Source of the DNA: Promethearchaeati archaeon
GTDB lineage: Archaea > Asgardarchaeota > Heimdallarchaeia > Heimdallarchaeales > Heimdallarchaeaceae
DNA length: 64,000 nucleotides
Direction of reading: 5' to 3'
Assembly (NCBI GenBank): GCA_013166775.1
Contig: JABLTJ010000004.1
Location: 1 to 64,000, forward strand
The notes under the pieces: generated by a model
The model's input: only the letters and a program-made list of their open reading frames with translations
Told to the model about the DNA's origin: nothing
The model's database searches: none
Position numbers and translations under genes: made by a program
Part shown: positions 38,782 through 49,004 of the stretch, piece after piece
Layout: every line of letters begins with the position of its first letter
Position numbering within the stretch: the stretch's first letter is position 1

Positions 38782-39318
38782 ATGAATAAAAGAAAAGCAG
38801 AAGTAAGACGAAAATACGACACTACTGCCAAAGCATATGATGTAAGATATACCGAGATTCAAAATAGAAAATATCTTGAAGTTTTTTCAAAGCTTGATGT
38901 AAAAATTTCCGATGTCATTGTAGATGTAGGTGCAGGTACTGGTCTTCTATTGAATTTTTTACATAACAATAAGGGAAATATCTTCTGCTGTGATCTTGCT
39001 TTGAATATGCTAAAGGAAGGGAAAAAGAAACATCATCATAGTCATTTTATTTGTGCAGATAGTGAATTTCTACCTTTCAGAGATTCAAGTGCTGATATTG
39101 TTACAAGCTTTACTGTCTTTCAGAATCTTCCAAATCCATCTGCTGTTATGAAGCAGATTATTCCCATTCTAAAAAACGGAGGAGCACTTATTCTAACTGC
39201 CTTACAAAAGAAATACAAGATTGAAGATTTAAAGAAATTGATAGCCCAGACTAATTTAAAAATAGACACTATCTGGAATTTAACTTATGAAGATACTTCG
39301 GTGATTGCTAGAAAGTAG
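38782..39318 (+). CDS. Class I SAM-dependent methyltransferase
   Basis: VDVGAGTG, ADSEFLPF, LKNGG. Confidence 0.88.
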   Translation: MNKRKAEVRRKYDTTAKAYDVRYTEIQNRKYLEVFSKLDVKISDVIVDVGAGTGLLLNFLHNNKGNIFCCDLALNMLKEGKKKHHHSHFICADSEFLPFRDSSADIVTSFTVFQNLPNPSAVMKQIIPILKNGGALILTALQKKYKIEDLKKLIAQTNLKIDTIWNLTYEDTSVIARK

Positions 39319-39336
39319 AAAACAAATATTGAGTTA

Positions 39337-39618
39337 TTACTCAACATTTAGAATTATTTTTCTAACTTTTGTTTTGCACACTTTTCTAACACCGTGTGCT
39401 CCTGGTTCATATCTTGAATCAAGAACACCTGCTCTTTCAAGGTATTTGATTTGAGCAGAAGTATTTGCTTCAGTCTGTTTCATTCGTTTTGCAATACTCG
39501 ATATATCCATTTCTTTGTCCAACAGAAGTTTAACAATGTTATATCTAGTTGGTGAAGATAGTGCTTTTGCTAATGTTATTATTTGTTTTTCATCGTTTAA
39601 TTCAAGTGTGTCAGTCAA
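39337..39618 (-). CDS. ArsR-family winged-helix transcriptional regulator
   Basis: AKALSSPTRYNIVKLL, S.QIKYLERAGVL, PGAHGVRKVC. Confidence 0.88.
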   Translation of the reverse strand: MTDTLELNDEKQIITLAKALSSPTRYNIVKLLLDKEMDISSIAKRMKQTEANTSAQIKYLERAGVLDSRYEPGAHGVRKVCKTKVRKIILNVE

Positions 39619-39921
39619 TTAAAACCACCCCATTGTTTTAATTATATAATTCTATTTAAAAGCTTATTTAAATATAATGTTTGGTAGAATATAGAATAAG
39701 TGTTTTATGATTCAAATTAATAGAATAATATATATATGGTAAAAGTTTTGTATATATCTTTGCTTTATCTAATACTCTTGCACCCTAAGTAAGCAAGAGT
39801 TTCTTTGTTTGTTTAACTCGATTGTTTATCTTTTTTTGCACTCTCCGCATAAATCGTTAAGGCTAAATACATTTGAATAAGAATCTCTTAAAGCATAATA
39901 GGAATAAAGAAAGGTACAATC

Positions 39922-41034
39922 ATGAGTGCCACCATTGACGAGCAAATTAAAGATATAGAAGATCAAATCAAGAGAACTCAGAAAAACAAATCTACTGAAC
40001 ATCATATTGGTTTGTTAAAAGCTAAAGTAGCTAAGCTGAGACGTAAGAAACTTGATAGTGAAATAGCTTCTCGATCTGTCAGTGGTTTTGGTTTTGATGT
40101 AAAAAAAGCTGGAGACGGAACAGTAGTTTTGATTGGATTTCCATCTACTGGCAAGTCAACTTTAATTTCGAACATTACAAGTAAAGAATCTAAAGTAGGA
40201 GCTTATGCTTTTACAACTACTACTGCTATTCCTGGAATCTTATTTCACAGGGGAACACAAATACAGATAATCGACCTACCTGGAATAATTGAAAATGCAA
40301 GTAGAGGGAGGGGTAGGGGAAAAGAAATTCTTGCTGTAGCTCGAAGTGCCGATATGATATTGATTCTATTAGATCCATATAATGTTGATTCTTTTTATGA
40401 AAAAACACTTCATGAGTTGAAGAATGTAGCAATTCGACCAGGCAAAACGGAACCTGATATTAAAATAAAAAAGAAAGAGAGAGGAGGTATTGCTCTCTCT
40501 ACACTCGCGAAACTATCTCATATGAGTGAAAAAACCTTCTGTGGAATCTTACGTGCTTATAAGATTTTGAACGCAATGGTAACTGTGCGATCTGATCCGA
40601 CAATGGATGAACTGATTGATGTGTTGGAAGGGAATAGAGTATATCCAAAACGTTTAGTTGTTGTTAATAAAATCGATCTCATTAAATCGAAACAAAAAAA
40701 TAGAATTATAAAAAAGTTCCCTGATGCTATCTTAATTAGTTCACTAACAGGAGAAAATCTCAATATTCTAAAAGATGCTATAATAAATAAATTAGAATTA
40801 ATTCAAATTTATCTTAAAAAACAAAGAGAAAAAACTGATTTTAATGAACCTTTGATTGTTAAGAAAAACTCGACTATTAAGGATGTATGCAATAAAATTC
40901 ATCGGAGTTTTGTTAAACAATTCCGATATGCTGTTGTATCAGGTTCTAGTGCTAAACATACAAACCAGAGAGTGGGATTGGATCATGTTATACAAGAAGG
41001 TGATGTTATAACTATTATAGTTAAGAAATTTTAG
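39922..41034 (+). CDS. DRG/OBG-family GTPase with TGS domain
   Basis: TQKNKSTEHHIGLLKAK, GFPSTGKS, YAFTT, DLPG, NKID, QRVGLDH. Confidence 0.95.
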   Translation: MSATIDEQIKDIEDQIKRTQKNKSTEHHIGLLKAKVAKLRRKKLDSEIASRSVSGFGFDVKKAGDGTVVLIGFPSTGKSTLISNITSKESKVGAYAFTTTTAIPGILFHRGTQIQIIDLPGIIENASRGRGRGKEILAVARSADMILILLDPYNVDSFYEKTLHELKNVAIRPGKTEPDIKIKKKERGGIALSTLAKLSHMSEKTFCGILRAYKILNAMVTVRSDPTMDELIDVLEGNRVYPKRLVVVNKIDLIKSKQKNRIIKKFPDAILISSLTGENLNILKDAIINKLELIQIYLKKQREKTDFNEPLIVKKNSTIKDVCNKIHRSFVKQFRYAVVSGSSAKHTNQRVGLDHVIQEGDVITIIVKKF

Positions 41035-41057
41035 AGAATTTTTTGTGGAGAATTTGA

Positions 41058-41510
41058 TTAGAGAATAAAAGGGATATTGAAAGCGTAAGGTATCAGATAA
41101 ATAATTCCCCACAGAAGCATCCACACTCTCCCAATAGAAAGAATTTCTAAATAATTTATACTCTTCTCTCGATTCATAGAAATTTCTTCTTCTTCTTCTT
41201 TCCATCCCCCTTTATAATCAACGATGAGCTTTCCAGCTTGTGCCCCAGTAGCTCTTGGAGTACCTACAGCACCCAAAAGAATTAAGCTTAAAGCTATAAA
41301 ACCAATTCCAATTTTGCCTGATATTGAGAGGGCAACAATCCAATCTTTCTCAACAAGAAAGACTATTGGTGGGATTACAAGAAATATACTTGACCAGATT
41401 ATAGTTCCAACAATAAATGTCCTGGTATTAGAAGAAATCTTTTTTTTCTCTTTGGATTTAGAGGATTCAACTTGTTTTTTTTCATTCAATCCAATTTCAC
41501 TCCATTGCAT
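41058..41510 (-). CDS. Hypothetical membrane protein (about 3 TM)
   Basis: Hydrophobic segments; fills the gap downstream of the amidohydrolase. Confidence 0.6.
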   Translation of the reverse strand: MQWSEIGLNEKKQVESSKSKEKKKISSNTRTFIVGTIIWSSIFLVIPPIVFLVEKDWIVALSISGKIGIGFIALSLILLGAVGTPRATGAQAGKLIVDYKGGWKEEEEEISMNREKSINYLEILSIGRVWMLLWGIIYLIPYAFNIPFIL

Positions 41511-41580
41511 ATTTGAAGTAAATGAGCTATAAAATGATTTTCACTAACAAAGAATCGGATCATGCTGAAATTGAGTAACT

Positions 41581-43143
41581 TCATTTTTTTTCGTAAACTA
41601 TTTCTCCTCCAATGATAGTATAGTAAATTTCAACATCATGAAAGTCTTCTAATTCCATATCATCCAAATTATGACTTAAGATTACAAGATCAGCCATTTT
41701 CCCATTTTCAATAGTTCCCTTGATATTTTCTTCTCTTGCAACAATTGCTGGATAAAGAGTATAGCATTTTATAGCTTCTTCTAATGTTAATCTAAGTTCT
41801 GGGTTTGAATGGAACAGAGCACCCTTTATACCATAAAGTGGACCTAAAGGCATACCATCACTCCCGAATACAACAATAAGATCGTTATCTAAAACCCATC
41901 TAAAGGGATTGTTTAACATTGTTCGCTCTACACCTAGTCTCTGTTCATACATACTATTGACTCCTACTAATCCCCATCTCCAGACAAAATTTGGTTGCAT
42001 TGAGAAAACTATATTTAATTTCTTTGATCTTTCTACATCTTCTAATCTAAGAATTTCCGCATGTTCAATTCGATGTAAGGCTGTTCTACATTCTTCTTCA
42101 TCTATATTCTTTTCAATACTTTCAATGACTTCAGTAATAGCTCTATCCCCTATTGCATGAGCTGCAATCTGTAGATTAGCATTATGCACTTTAGTAATCA
42201 TATCATCTAATTGTTGTTTGTCATAAAGAGCAAAACCTTTTTCTCCTTCCTTGTCTGTATAATCTTCATAAAGATAGGCAGATCTTGAGCTTATAGCACC
42301 ATCAGTCATTAATTTACATGCGCCAATCTTGAACCATTTATCTCCAAAATTCCTATCAATTTCCATTTTGATTATTTCATCAATCATATCTTCATAGATT
42401 ATACCATATACTCTTAGTTTCATTTTGTTATTGTCTACTAAATGCAGATATGCAGGTAGAGATTCAAATGTTATGTTATCATGAATAGAAGTAATTCCTA
42501 ATTCAATAGCTTCTTCCATTCCTATAGTTATACCTTTGATAAAATCATCAAATGTTGGTCGTATTTCTTTCTCATCAGAAAGCTCGACATCTCTTAACGT
42601 CCCTGTTATATTACCCTCATCATCCAAATCAACGCCTAGTTGATCTTTGGAAAGCGTAAGCCTTTGAAATCCTAAATTATTCACAGAAACCATATGTCCT
42701 GAAACATGTCTTAGGATGACAGGATTATCTGGACTAATGGGATCTAAATCTTTAGCTAGAATATATCGTTGTTCTGGCCAATTACTTTGATCCCAAGCTC
42801 TTCCTATAATCCAATCGTCTGGAGATTTCTTTTCTATCTCAGCTTTAACCATTTCTAATGCTTCGTTCAAGCTCTTTGCTTTGCGTAAATCCAAGTATAC
42901 TTTATTCAGACCTGTCCAAGGAATATGAGTATGTGCATCAATAAAACCTGGAATAACTGTCTTGTTTTCAGCATCAATAACAATAGTATCCTCTCCTATC
43001 AATTGCATAATATTTTCTTCATATCCCACCCTAACAATGTGATCAGAGTAAATTATAATGCTTTTTGCTTTTCTATTTTCATCATCTAAAGTCCAAACAT
43101 TAGCATTTTTTATTACTAAAGTTGCATGAATCTTGCCTTCCAT
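41581..43143 (-). CDS. Amidohydrolase 3 family (YtcJ-like)
   Basis: PGFIDAHTH, KLMTDG, HAIGD, RIEHAE, GSD, GKMADLVIL. Confidence 0.93.
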   Translation of the reverse strand: MEGKIHATLVIKNANVWTLDDENRKAKSIIIYSDHIVRVGYEENIMQLIGEDTIVIDAENKTVIPGFIDAHTHIPWTGLNKVYLDLRKAKSLNEALEMVKAEIEKKSPDDWIIGRAWDQSNWPEQRYILAKDLDPISPDNPVILRHVSGHMVSVNNLGFQRLTLSKDQLGVDLDDEGNITGTLRDVELSDEKEIRPTFDDFIKGITIGMEEAIELGITSIHDNITFESLPAYLHLVDNNKMKLRVYGIIYEDMIDEIIKMEIDRNFGDKWFKIGACKLMTDGAISSRSAYLYEDYTDKEGEKGFALYDKQQLDDMITKVHNANLQIAAHAIGDRAITEVIESIEKNIDEEECRTALHRIEHAEILRLEDVERSKKLNIVFSMQPNFVWRWGLVGVNSMYEQRLGVERTMLNNPFRWVLDNDLIVVFGSDGMPLGPLYGIKGALFHSNPELRLTLEEAIKCYTLYPAIVAREENIKGTIENGKMADLVILSHNLDDMELEDFHDVEIYYTIIGGEIVYEKK

Positions 43144-43262
43144 ACTTTGAACTTCACATAAACTATTTTAAATTCTCTTGTTGCAATATAATTTCTAAAC
43201 CTACTTCTCGATTTCTAAAACTAAATTTATATACTACTATTTTTCTTTGAACAAAGAAGAAA

Positions 43263-44159
43263 ATGACAAAGTTATCATTAGTTGTTACAGAAAAAAGAGA
43301 AGAAGGTACAACAAAGGCAATAGATCTTCTAGATTTCAATCCAGTCAAAGGAAAAAAAGTCATATTAAAACCTAATTTCAATACAGCTGATCCTCCTCCA
43401 GCTTCTACTTCAATTGAAACACTAAGAGCATTGATTATTAAGCTTCAAGAGATGTATGCAAGATCGATAACTTTAGCTGAAAGAAGCGGTCCTGTTAATA
43501 CTCACGAATGCCTTGAACAAAAAGGCATTTATAATTTAGCAGAAGAACTTGATTTTGAGATTGTAAATTTAGCGGAAGTTCCTTTGGAAGATTATATTCT
43601 GCTAAAACCTGAACAAAGTAATTGGGATAACGGTTTTCTATTTGCTAAAATATATCATGAGGCTGAATGTATTGTTGAGACCTGTTGTCTTAAAACTCAT
43701 CAAGCTGGTGGTCATTTTACACTTTCATTGAAAAGTGCAGTAGGTATGGTTCCTAGAAGAAATTTAGATGGGAATGCTTACATGAAGGAAATGCATGATT
43801 CTCCCAAAACAAGATCAATGATCGCTGAGATAAATAGCGTGTTTAATCCTGCACTAATAGTTCTTGATGGTGTAACTGCATTTGTAGATGGGGGGCCAGC
43901 AAGAGGAACTCTCAAAGATGCCAATGTAATTGTTGCAGGAACTGATAGAATTGCAATTGATGCAGTCGGTGTTGCTATTCTACGAATACTGGGAACAACT
44001 TCTGAAGTCTCTGAAGGTTCTATCTTCGATCAAGAGCAAATTGCTCGAGCTGTTGAGCTAAAGCTTGGGATATCTTCACCTGAAGAACTAGAAATCATAA
44101 CAGATTCAGTAGAATCAGCAGAATTAGTGGAAAAAATAATTCAAGAGTTACATAAATAG
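43263..44159 (+). CDS. DUF362 domain protein
   Basis: VILKPNF, LKTH, TLSLK, DGGP, DRIAIDAVG. Confidence 0.88.
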   Translation: MTKLSLVVTEKREEGTTKAIDLLDFNPVKGKKVILKPNFNTADPPPASTSIETLRALIIKLQEMYARSITLAERSGPVNTHECLEQKGIYNLAEELDFEIVNLAEVPLEDYILLKPEQSNWDNGFLFAKIYHEAECIVETCCLKTHQAGGHFTLSLKSAVGMVPRRNLDGNAYMKEMHDSPKTRSMIAEINSVFNPALIVLDGVTAFVDGGPARGTLKDANVIVAGTDRIAIDAVGVAILRILGTTSEVSEGSIFDQEQIARAVELKLGISSPEELEIITDSVESAELVEKIIQELHK

Positions 44160-44213
44160 AAAAGAATCCAGATTCCTTCTGAGATATTACTCAACATCCT
44201 AGATGGTATAGAG

Positions 44214-45530
44214 ATGCAAGAATTAGATATTGTGCTAACTTGGCGACAGAGAACAAAGGTTAATTTAAAAGAAATTTTGAAAGCTAAGGATACAAGAGAA
44301 GTAGTAGCATTTTTCACATCACAATTTGTAGGATTTTTAGTTTTCATGTCACTTAGACAAATCTTCCCACTTTACTTACAGAAGACAACAAGTCTAACTG
44401 AGGAAGAAATTGTAATTAAATGGGCGATTATTGTTGCAGCTTATACTTTCGGAGGGATAATCACAAGAATACCTTCAGGGATTTTGATAGAGACGATTGG
44501 GAGAAGAAATATGGTAGTATTGTCTTATTTTTTAACAATAGGTTCAATTGTAGGTTTAGCTTTTACTAATAATACAATTCTACTTGCAGCTCTTTTTATT
44601 GTACTCCGTACTGCGAATAATAGTTTTGGATTATCTAGTAGATCTCTATTATCAGATTTGGAAACTAAGTATAAGGGTTTCTACAATTCTATGATTTCAA
44701 CTTCGGGAAGATTTGGTAGTTTGATTGGTACAATTACTTTAGGGGTGCTGTTGGACTTCTTTAAGCCATACGTAATGCTTATTTTTGCAGGAATTTTAGC
44801 TGTAATTGGAGTTATAGTCTTCTTGTATGTTTTTATAAAAGGAAAAGGTGAAGATAGATATAAGAAAAGACGAGAAGTTAAATGGGCAGGAAAGCAAGTC
44901 AGAATCAAACGTAAGGATTTTCTGAATAGTATTTTTGTTTTCTTCTTCTTAGCCTTTGTAATCTTTGGAATCATGGAAGGATTCAGTAATCCGTTGTTCT
45001 CTTTATACGGGAAGAATGTCATTAATTTGTCAGACAGTCTTGTTGGAACGTTAATAGGACTTTCAAATTTAAGTTTCATAATAGTTGGACCAATTATAGG
45101 TCTGACAATTTCTGATTCTAAGAAACTAGTTAATTCTCTCCTAGTTACAGCTCCAATATTGATGGCTTGTAATTTCCTTATGATCTTCCTTGTTCCATCG
45201 AATCAAATTGTCTATACTGTTTTTCTATTTGTTCGAAATGTTGGTCATGCGATGTTCTTTCCAGTAGTTATGACCATATTGACTTCTGAATTATCAAAGG
45301 ATCTATTTGCTATTTTATACTCTGTTATTACAACAGCTTTCTTATTGGGTATAGCTGCAACAAGCTATTTTTCTGGTATCCTTTATACAATAAATATCAC
45401 TTATCCCTGGTTGAGCTCCTTGATTTCAGCTATTGTATTGATTTTGTTGATGATAGTATATATTCTGTATAATAAATCAAGAAAAACTATAGAAGTAAAA
45501 CATGAAGAGGATTTTGTGGATTTTAAATAA
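44214..45530 (+). CDS. MFS transporter
   Basis: About 12 TM helices; GILIETIGRR motif A. Confidence 0.85.
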   Translation: MQELDIVLTWRQRTKVNLKEILKAKDTREVVAFFTSQFVGFLVFMSLRQIFPLYLQKTTSLTEEEIVIKWAIIVAAYTFGGIITRIPSGILIETIGRRNMVVLSYFLTIGSIVGLAFTNNTILLAALFIVLRTANNSFGLSSRSLLSDLETKYKGFYNSMISTSGRFGSLIGTITLGVLLDFFKPYVMLIFAGILAVIGVIVFLYVFIKGKGEDRYKKRREVKWAGKQVRIKRKDFLNSIFVFFFLAFVIFGIMEGFSNPLFSLYGKNVINLSDSLVGTLIGLSNLSFIIVGPIIGLTISDSKKLVNSLLVTAPILMACNFLMIFLVPSNQIVYTVFLFVRNVGHAMFFPVVMTILTSELSKDLFAILYSVITTAFLLGIAATSYFSGILYTINITYPWLSSLISAIVLILLMIVYILYNKSRKTIEVKHEEDFVDFK

Positions 45531-45550
45531 CTTAATTTTATAGTATTGGT

Positions 45551-46594
45551 GTGTCAATCGAGATTCGGAATTTATCAAAAACCTTCAATAGAAAGGGTAA
45601 AGAGATAAGAGCTTTAGATGACATCTCATTGAATATTAAAGAAGGAGAGTTTATAGGTCTTTTAGGACCAAACGGAGCAGGAAAAACAACGCTAACAAAG
45701 ATACTTACCACTTTACTCCTTCCAACATCTGGTGAAGCATATATTGATGGAGTAAGCATATATGATGATAAGAAAATACGTAGCCTGGTTGGTTCAGTCT
45801 TTGGTGAAACGGGAGGAAGAAGTTTGTATTATAGACTTTCAATATTTGATAATTTGCTCTTTTACAGTACCCTGAGCGGTATCAAAAAAACGGAAGCAAA
45901 AAAGAGAATTAATTCTCTATTAAATTTCTTTGATCTTGAATCCAAGAAAGATACACTTGTGATGAAACTATCAACTGGGATGAAAGCTAAAGTCCTTCTG
46001 ATCCGAGCCCTGATTCCTTTTCCAAAGGTATTATTGCTTGATGAACCAACACTTGGTTTCGATGCTGAAAGCTCAGAAATAGCAAGAGATCTACTAATGG
46101 AATTCAATAGGGAATGTGGGACCACTGTACTATTAACAAGCCATAATTTTCCAGAAATTGATGATTTAACTTCTAGATTAATTCTAATTGATAGTGGACA
46201 AATCATTCAGGATTGTCCTCCAGATATATTCAAAGAATCAGCTGCTCAGCATTATGTTCATTTAGTGTTTAGTCTTCCATCTTTCCACTATAAGAGCTTT
46301 GAAGATTTAATTCGCATTTCAGCAGGTGCAGAGATTTTATTTTTCATAGAAAAGGATTTGGACAACTTTGTATTCGAAGCAAAAATACGCCCAACCAAAT
46401 TCACTCTAAACGAAACAATCTCAAGATTAACTATTCTAATATTAAGAGCAGGAGGAGAAATCTTTCAGATAGCACCACACATGCCAAGCTTAAAAGAATC
46501 CTTTCTTGCATTTCTAGCAATCAATAAGCAAAAAGATGAAAAAGCTCAGTCGTTTGAAGACATGTTCTCTTTACCTTTTCAGGAGGAGGAATAG
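45551..46594 (+). CDS. ABC-2 type transporter ATP-binding protein
   Basis: GPNGAGKT, LSTGM, LLLDEPT, TSH. Confidence 0.93.
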   Translation: MSIEIRNLSKTFNRKGKEIRALDDISLNIKEGEFIGLLGPNGAGKTTLTKILTTLLLPTSGEAYIDGVSIYDDKKIRSLVGSVFGETGGRSLYYRLSIFDNLLFYSTLSGIKKTEAKKRINSLLNFFDLESKKDTLVMKLSTGMKAKVLLIRALIPFPKVLLLDEPTLGFDAESSEIARDLLMEFNRECGTTVLLTSHNFPEIDDLTSRLILIDSGQIIQDCPPDIFKESAAQHYVHLVFSLPSFHYKSFEDLIRISAGAEILFFIEKDLDNFVFEAKIRPTKFTLNETISRLTILILRAGGEIFQIAPHMPSLKESFLAFLAINKQKDEKAQSFEDMFSLPFQEEE

Positions 46595-46601
46595 AATTCA
46601 T

Positions 46602-47459
46602 TTGCATGCAAACGAGGTTGTTTCCTCTTTCATTAATTTGGAAAAGAAGAGTTCTCCATTATCCCGTATAAGTGCTATTTTTCTCACAAGATTGAAAATG
46701 GCTTTCAATTATAAGAGCAGTTTTCTAATGACCCTTGTTCTCAATTTAGTAACAATAATGATGTATTTCTTTTTCAGCAAAATAAAACCAGAAATGCAAG
46801 TATTTGGTATTAATGCTACTTATTTCGAATTTGCCATCATAGGTTTGTGTTTACAAATGGTTGTTGGAACAAGTCTAGGGTCAGTAAGTGCGAATATATA
46901 CAATGAGATATTATCTGGTACATGGTCTTCTGTTCTTCTGCATTTCAATTTTCTTGAGTATTCAATCGGAACAACCTTAGCTGGAGTTTTACTCTCTTCT
47001 GTTTCAATATTCTTAGCCATAGGTCTAGCTTATCTAACAATCGGATTCTATCTAACAATCACATCTCAAGAAGTGATGCTTATACTTCTTCTATTTATTC
47101 TCATTATTCTTGCTCACATGGCAATATCTATGCTTTTCGCAGCTTTCACAATCTTTTATCAAAAAACGAGTAATTTGATTTCTTTATTGTACCAGCTTAC
47201 AAAAACCTTTAGTGGAGTAGTATTTCCTGTAACACTTTTGAGCGGATTTCCTCTGATAGTTTCAAGGAGTTTACCACTCACGTATGGGCTAGAGTCGATA
47301 CATCAATTACTTTTTTCTCCAACACTAAATATGGATTATATCTTTGTTAATTGTCTGATTATTATTAGTTTCATTGTTTTACTAGGATCTATTGCTTATG
47401 GAATGGTTTTCTTAAGTTTAAAAAATATAAGAAAGAATGGGAAAGTTGATTGGTATTGA
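46602..47459 (+). CDS. ABC-2 type permease
   Basis: About 6 TM helices, EILSGT, SGVVFP, LPLTY. Start placed at TTG 46602 after AGGAGGAGG. Confidence 0.85.
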   Translation: MHANEVVSSFINLEKKSSPLSRISAIFLTRLKMAFNYKSSFLMTLVLNLVTIMMYFFFSKIKPEMQVFGINATYFEFAIIGLCLQMVVGTSLGSVSANIYNEILSGTWSSVLLHFNFLEYSIGTTLAGVLLSSVSIFLAIGLAYLTIGFYLTITSQEVMLILLLFILIILAHMAISMLFAAFTIFYQKTSNLISLLYQLTKTFSGVVFPVTLLSGFPLIVSRSLPLTYGLESIHQLLFSPTLNMDYIFVNCLIIISFIVLLGSIAYGMVFLSLKNIRKNGKVDWY

Positions 47460-48343
47460 TGTCTATAAAAAATCCAGATGAAGTGATTAAGAAATTTCTT
47501 ACACAAGAATCTTCACCTTCCTTCTTTAAAGGATTGAAAGCTCTTTTTGTAAGAAATATGAAAATAATATGGCAGTATAAATTTTCTCTTTTGATGGGAT
47601 TCATAAATACGCTGGTAGTTACTTCGCTCTTTTTCTATATTTCCTTGCTTGTACCTGATTTACAAATGACACAAGATAATTATACTGTAGACAGCATATC
47701 TTTTATTTTCGCAGGAGTTTTATTATTAGAAATTTCCACAAAAATTCTGATGAAATCCATGAATAGTTTTACAAGTGAAATGAAACAAGGAACTTTCGAA
47801 ACATTAGCTACTTTGCCTTTTGGATTACGAAGATATTTTATTTCAGAGATTGCTTTCGAGGTTTTGTACGGGTTAATTTTATCAACTGTTTATTTCATAC
47901 CTATATTTTTCATTTTTCCAGTTTTTAGAGCAGTTTCTATATCTGCTGCTTCGTTCTTCTCGTTGCTTTTAGTTGCTCTCTGTACAATACTCTTCTTCTT
48001 TTCTCTTTCTCTTCTAGCAGCTAATTTCACTATTCTTAACAAAAGGGGAAAGGAAATCGCTATGGTTTTGATAGGTATTATGCATTTATTAAGTGGAAGT
48101 TTGTTTCCTCTTCAGCTCTTCCCAAAATGGTTAGAGCATATAGCTCATGCATCTCCATTCACCTTTGCTGTTCAAGCATTTCGTTTATGCCTTTTTGGTC
48201 AAGGAGTGTTATCGGATAATATCATATGGGGAGCAGTTCTTTTTCTTATTTTATCATCAATCGTTCTAATAGCAACCTTCTATTTCACTTTCAATAGTAT
48301 TTATAAGAGAATCAGAATTACAGGAACAATCCATGAGTTTTGA
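47450..48343 (+). CDS. ABC-2 type permease
   Basis: EMKQGTFE, SGSLFP..LFPKWL, SPFT. Confidence 0.88.
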   Translation: MVLMSIKNPDEVIKKFLTQESSPSFFKGLKALFVRNMKIIWQYKFSLLMGFINTLVVTSLFFYISLLVPDLQMTQDNYTVDSISFIFAGVLLLEISTKILMKSMNSFTSEMKQGTFETLATLPFGLRRYFISEIAFEVLYGLILSTVYFIPIFFIFPVFRAVSISAASFFSLLLVALCTILFFFSLSLLAANFTILNKRGKEIAMVLIGIMHLLSGSLFPLQLFPKWLEHIAHASPFTFAVQAFRLCLFGQGVLSDNIIWGAVLFLILSSIVLIATFYFTFNSIYKRIRITGTIHEF

Positions 48344-48350
48344 TTTTACT

Positions 48351-49004
48351 TCAGTTCAGAATATCTAGAAATTGATTAATGGATTTCAAAACATCCTTAG
48401 ATTGAGTAATAGCTCGTCCAATAATTATAATGTCTGCTCCATTTTCCAGTGCTTTTTGACTCTTTTTCAAATCCAATCCTCCAGCAACAGCAATAAGAGT
48501 TTGGGGATATTCGATCCTTATTTTCTTAATAAGTTCCCAGGGATGTTCTTCTCTCTTCTCTTGATCAATCCCTCTATGAAATAGAAGAACGTCTGGTTTA
48601 TTATCTAATTTGCTCAACACATCCAGAGGATCCTTTACATTCATTAAATCCAGAATTAGATCCGTTTTCCTTAATACGCTTTCATCTAATGCTGATTTTA
48701 TTGTTTCAATTGCAGCCAAACCACTAATTGTTACTGCTTTAGCATTTTCTTCAGCAGCTATTTGAACTTCTAAAAATCCAACATCTAAAGTTTTCATATC
48801 AGCGATTATATAAGTATTAGATTGAGATTCAAACATATCTCTTATAATGTGAATACCAAATTTCTTGATCAAAGGAGTTCCTGCTTCGATTAAAATCTTC
48901 TCAGATTTAGGAATTTGGGATAAAACAGATTTTAATTGCTCTTTGTCAACTAAATCTAAAGCTATCTGAAGATAAGGAGGATCATTTAATTTCATTTTAT
49001 GCAC
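48351..49004 (-). CDS. 3-hexulose-6-phosphate synthase (OMP decarboxylase/HPS family)
   Basis: PPYLQIALD, IEAGTPLIKKFG, ADMKTLD, HRGID, AVAGG, GRAIT. Confidence 0.85.
   Translation of the reverse strand: MHKMKLNDPPYLQIALDLVDKEQLKSVLSQIPKSEKILIEAGTPLIKKFGIHIIRDMFESQSNTYIIADMKTLDVGFLEVQIAAEENAKAVTISGLAAIETIKSALDESVLRKTDLILDLMNVKDPLDVLSKLDNKPDVLLFHRGIDQEKREEHPWELIKKIRIEYPQTLIAVAGGLDLKKSQKALENGADIIIIGRAITQSKDVLKSINQFLDILN

Noticed and set aside
38731-38862. Hydrophobic N-terminal extension of RIO2
   Set aside because: It overlaps the divergent methyltransferase gene and promoter; ATG 38730/38727 gives a normal RIO2.
39785-39850. 21-aa basic peptide MRRVQKKINNRVKQTKKLLLT (minus strand) as an eL41-like protein
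   Set aside because: Lacks the KW/RR-rich eL41 pattern; such ORFs arise easily from T-rich sequence.
46536-46601. 59-nt overlap of ABC ATPase and permease as a frameshift fusion
   Set aside because: An SD-preceded TTG at 46602 explains independent initiation; no phased slippery site.
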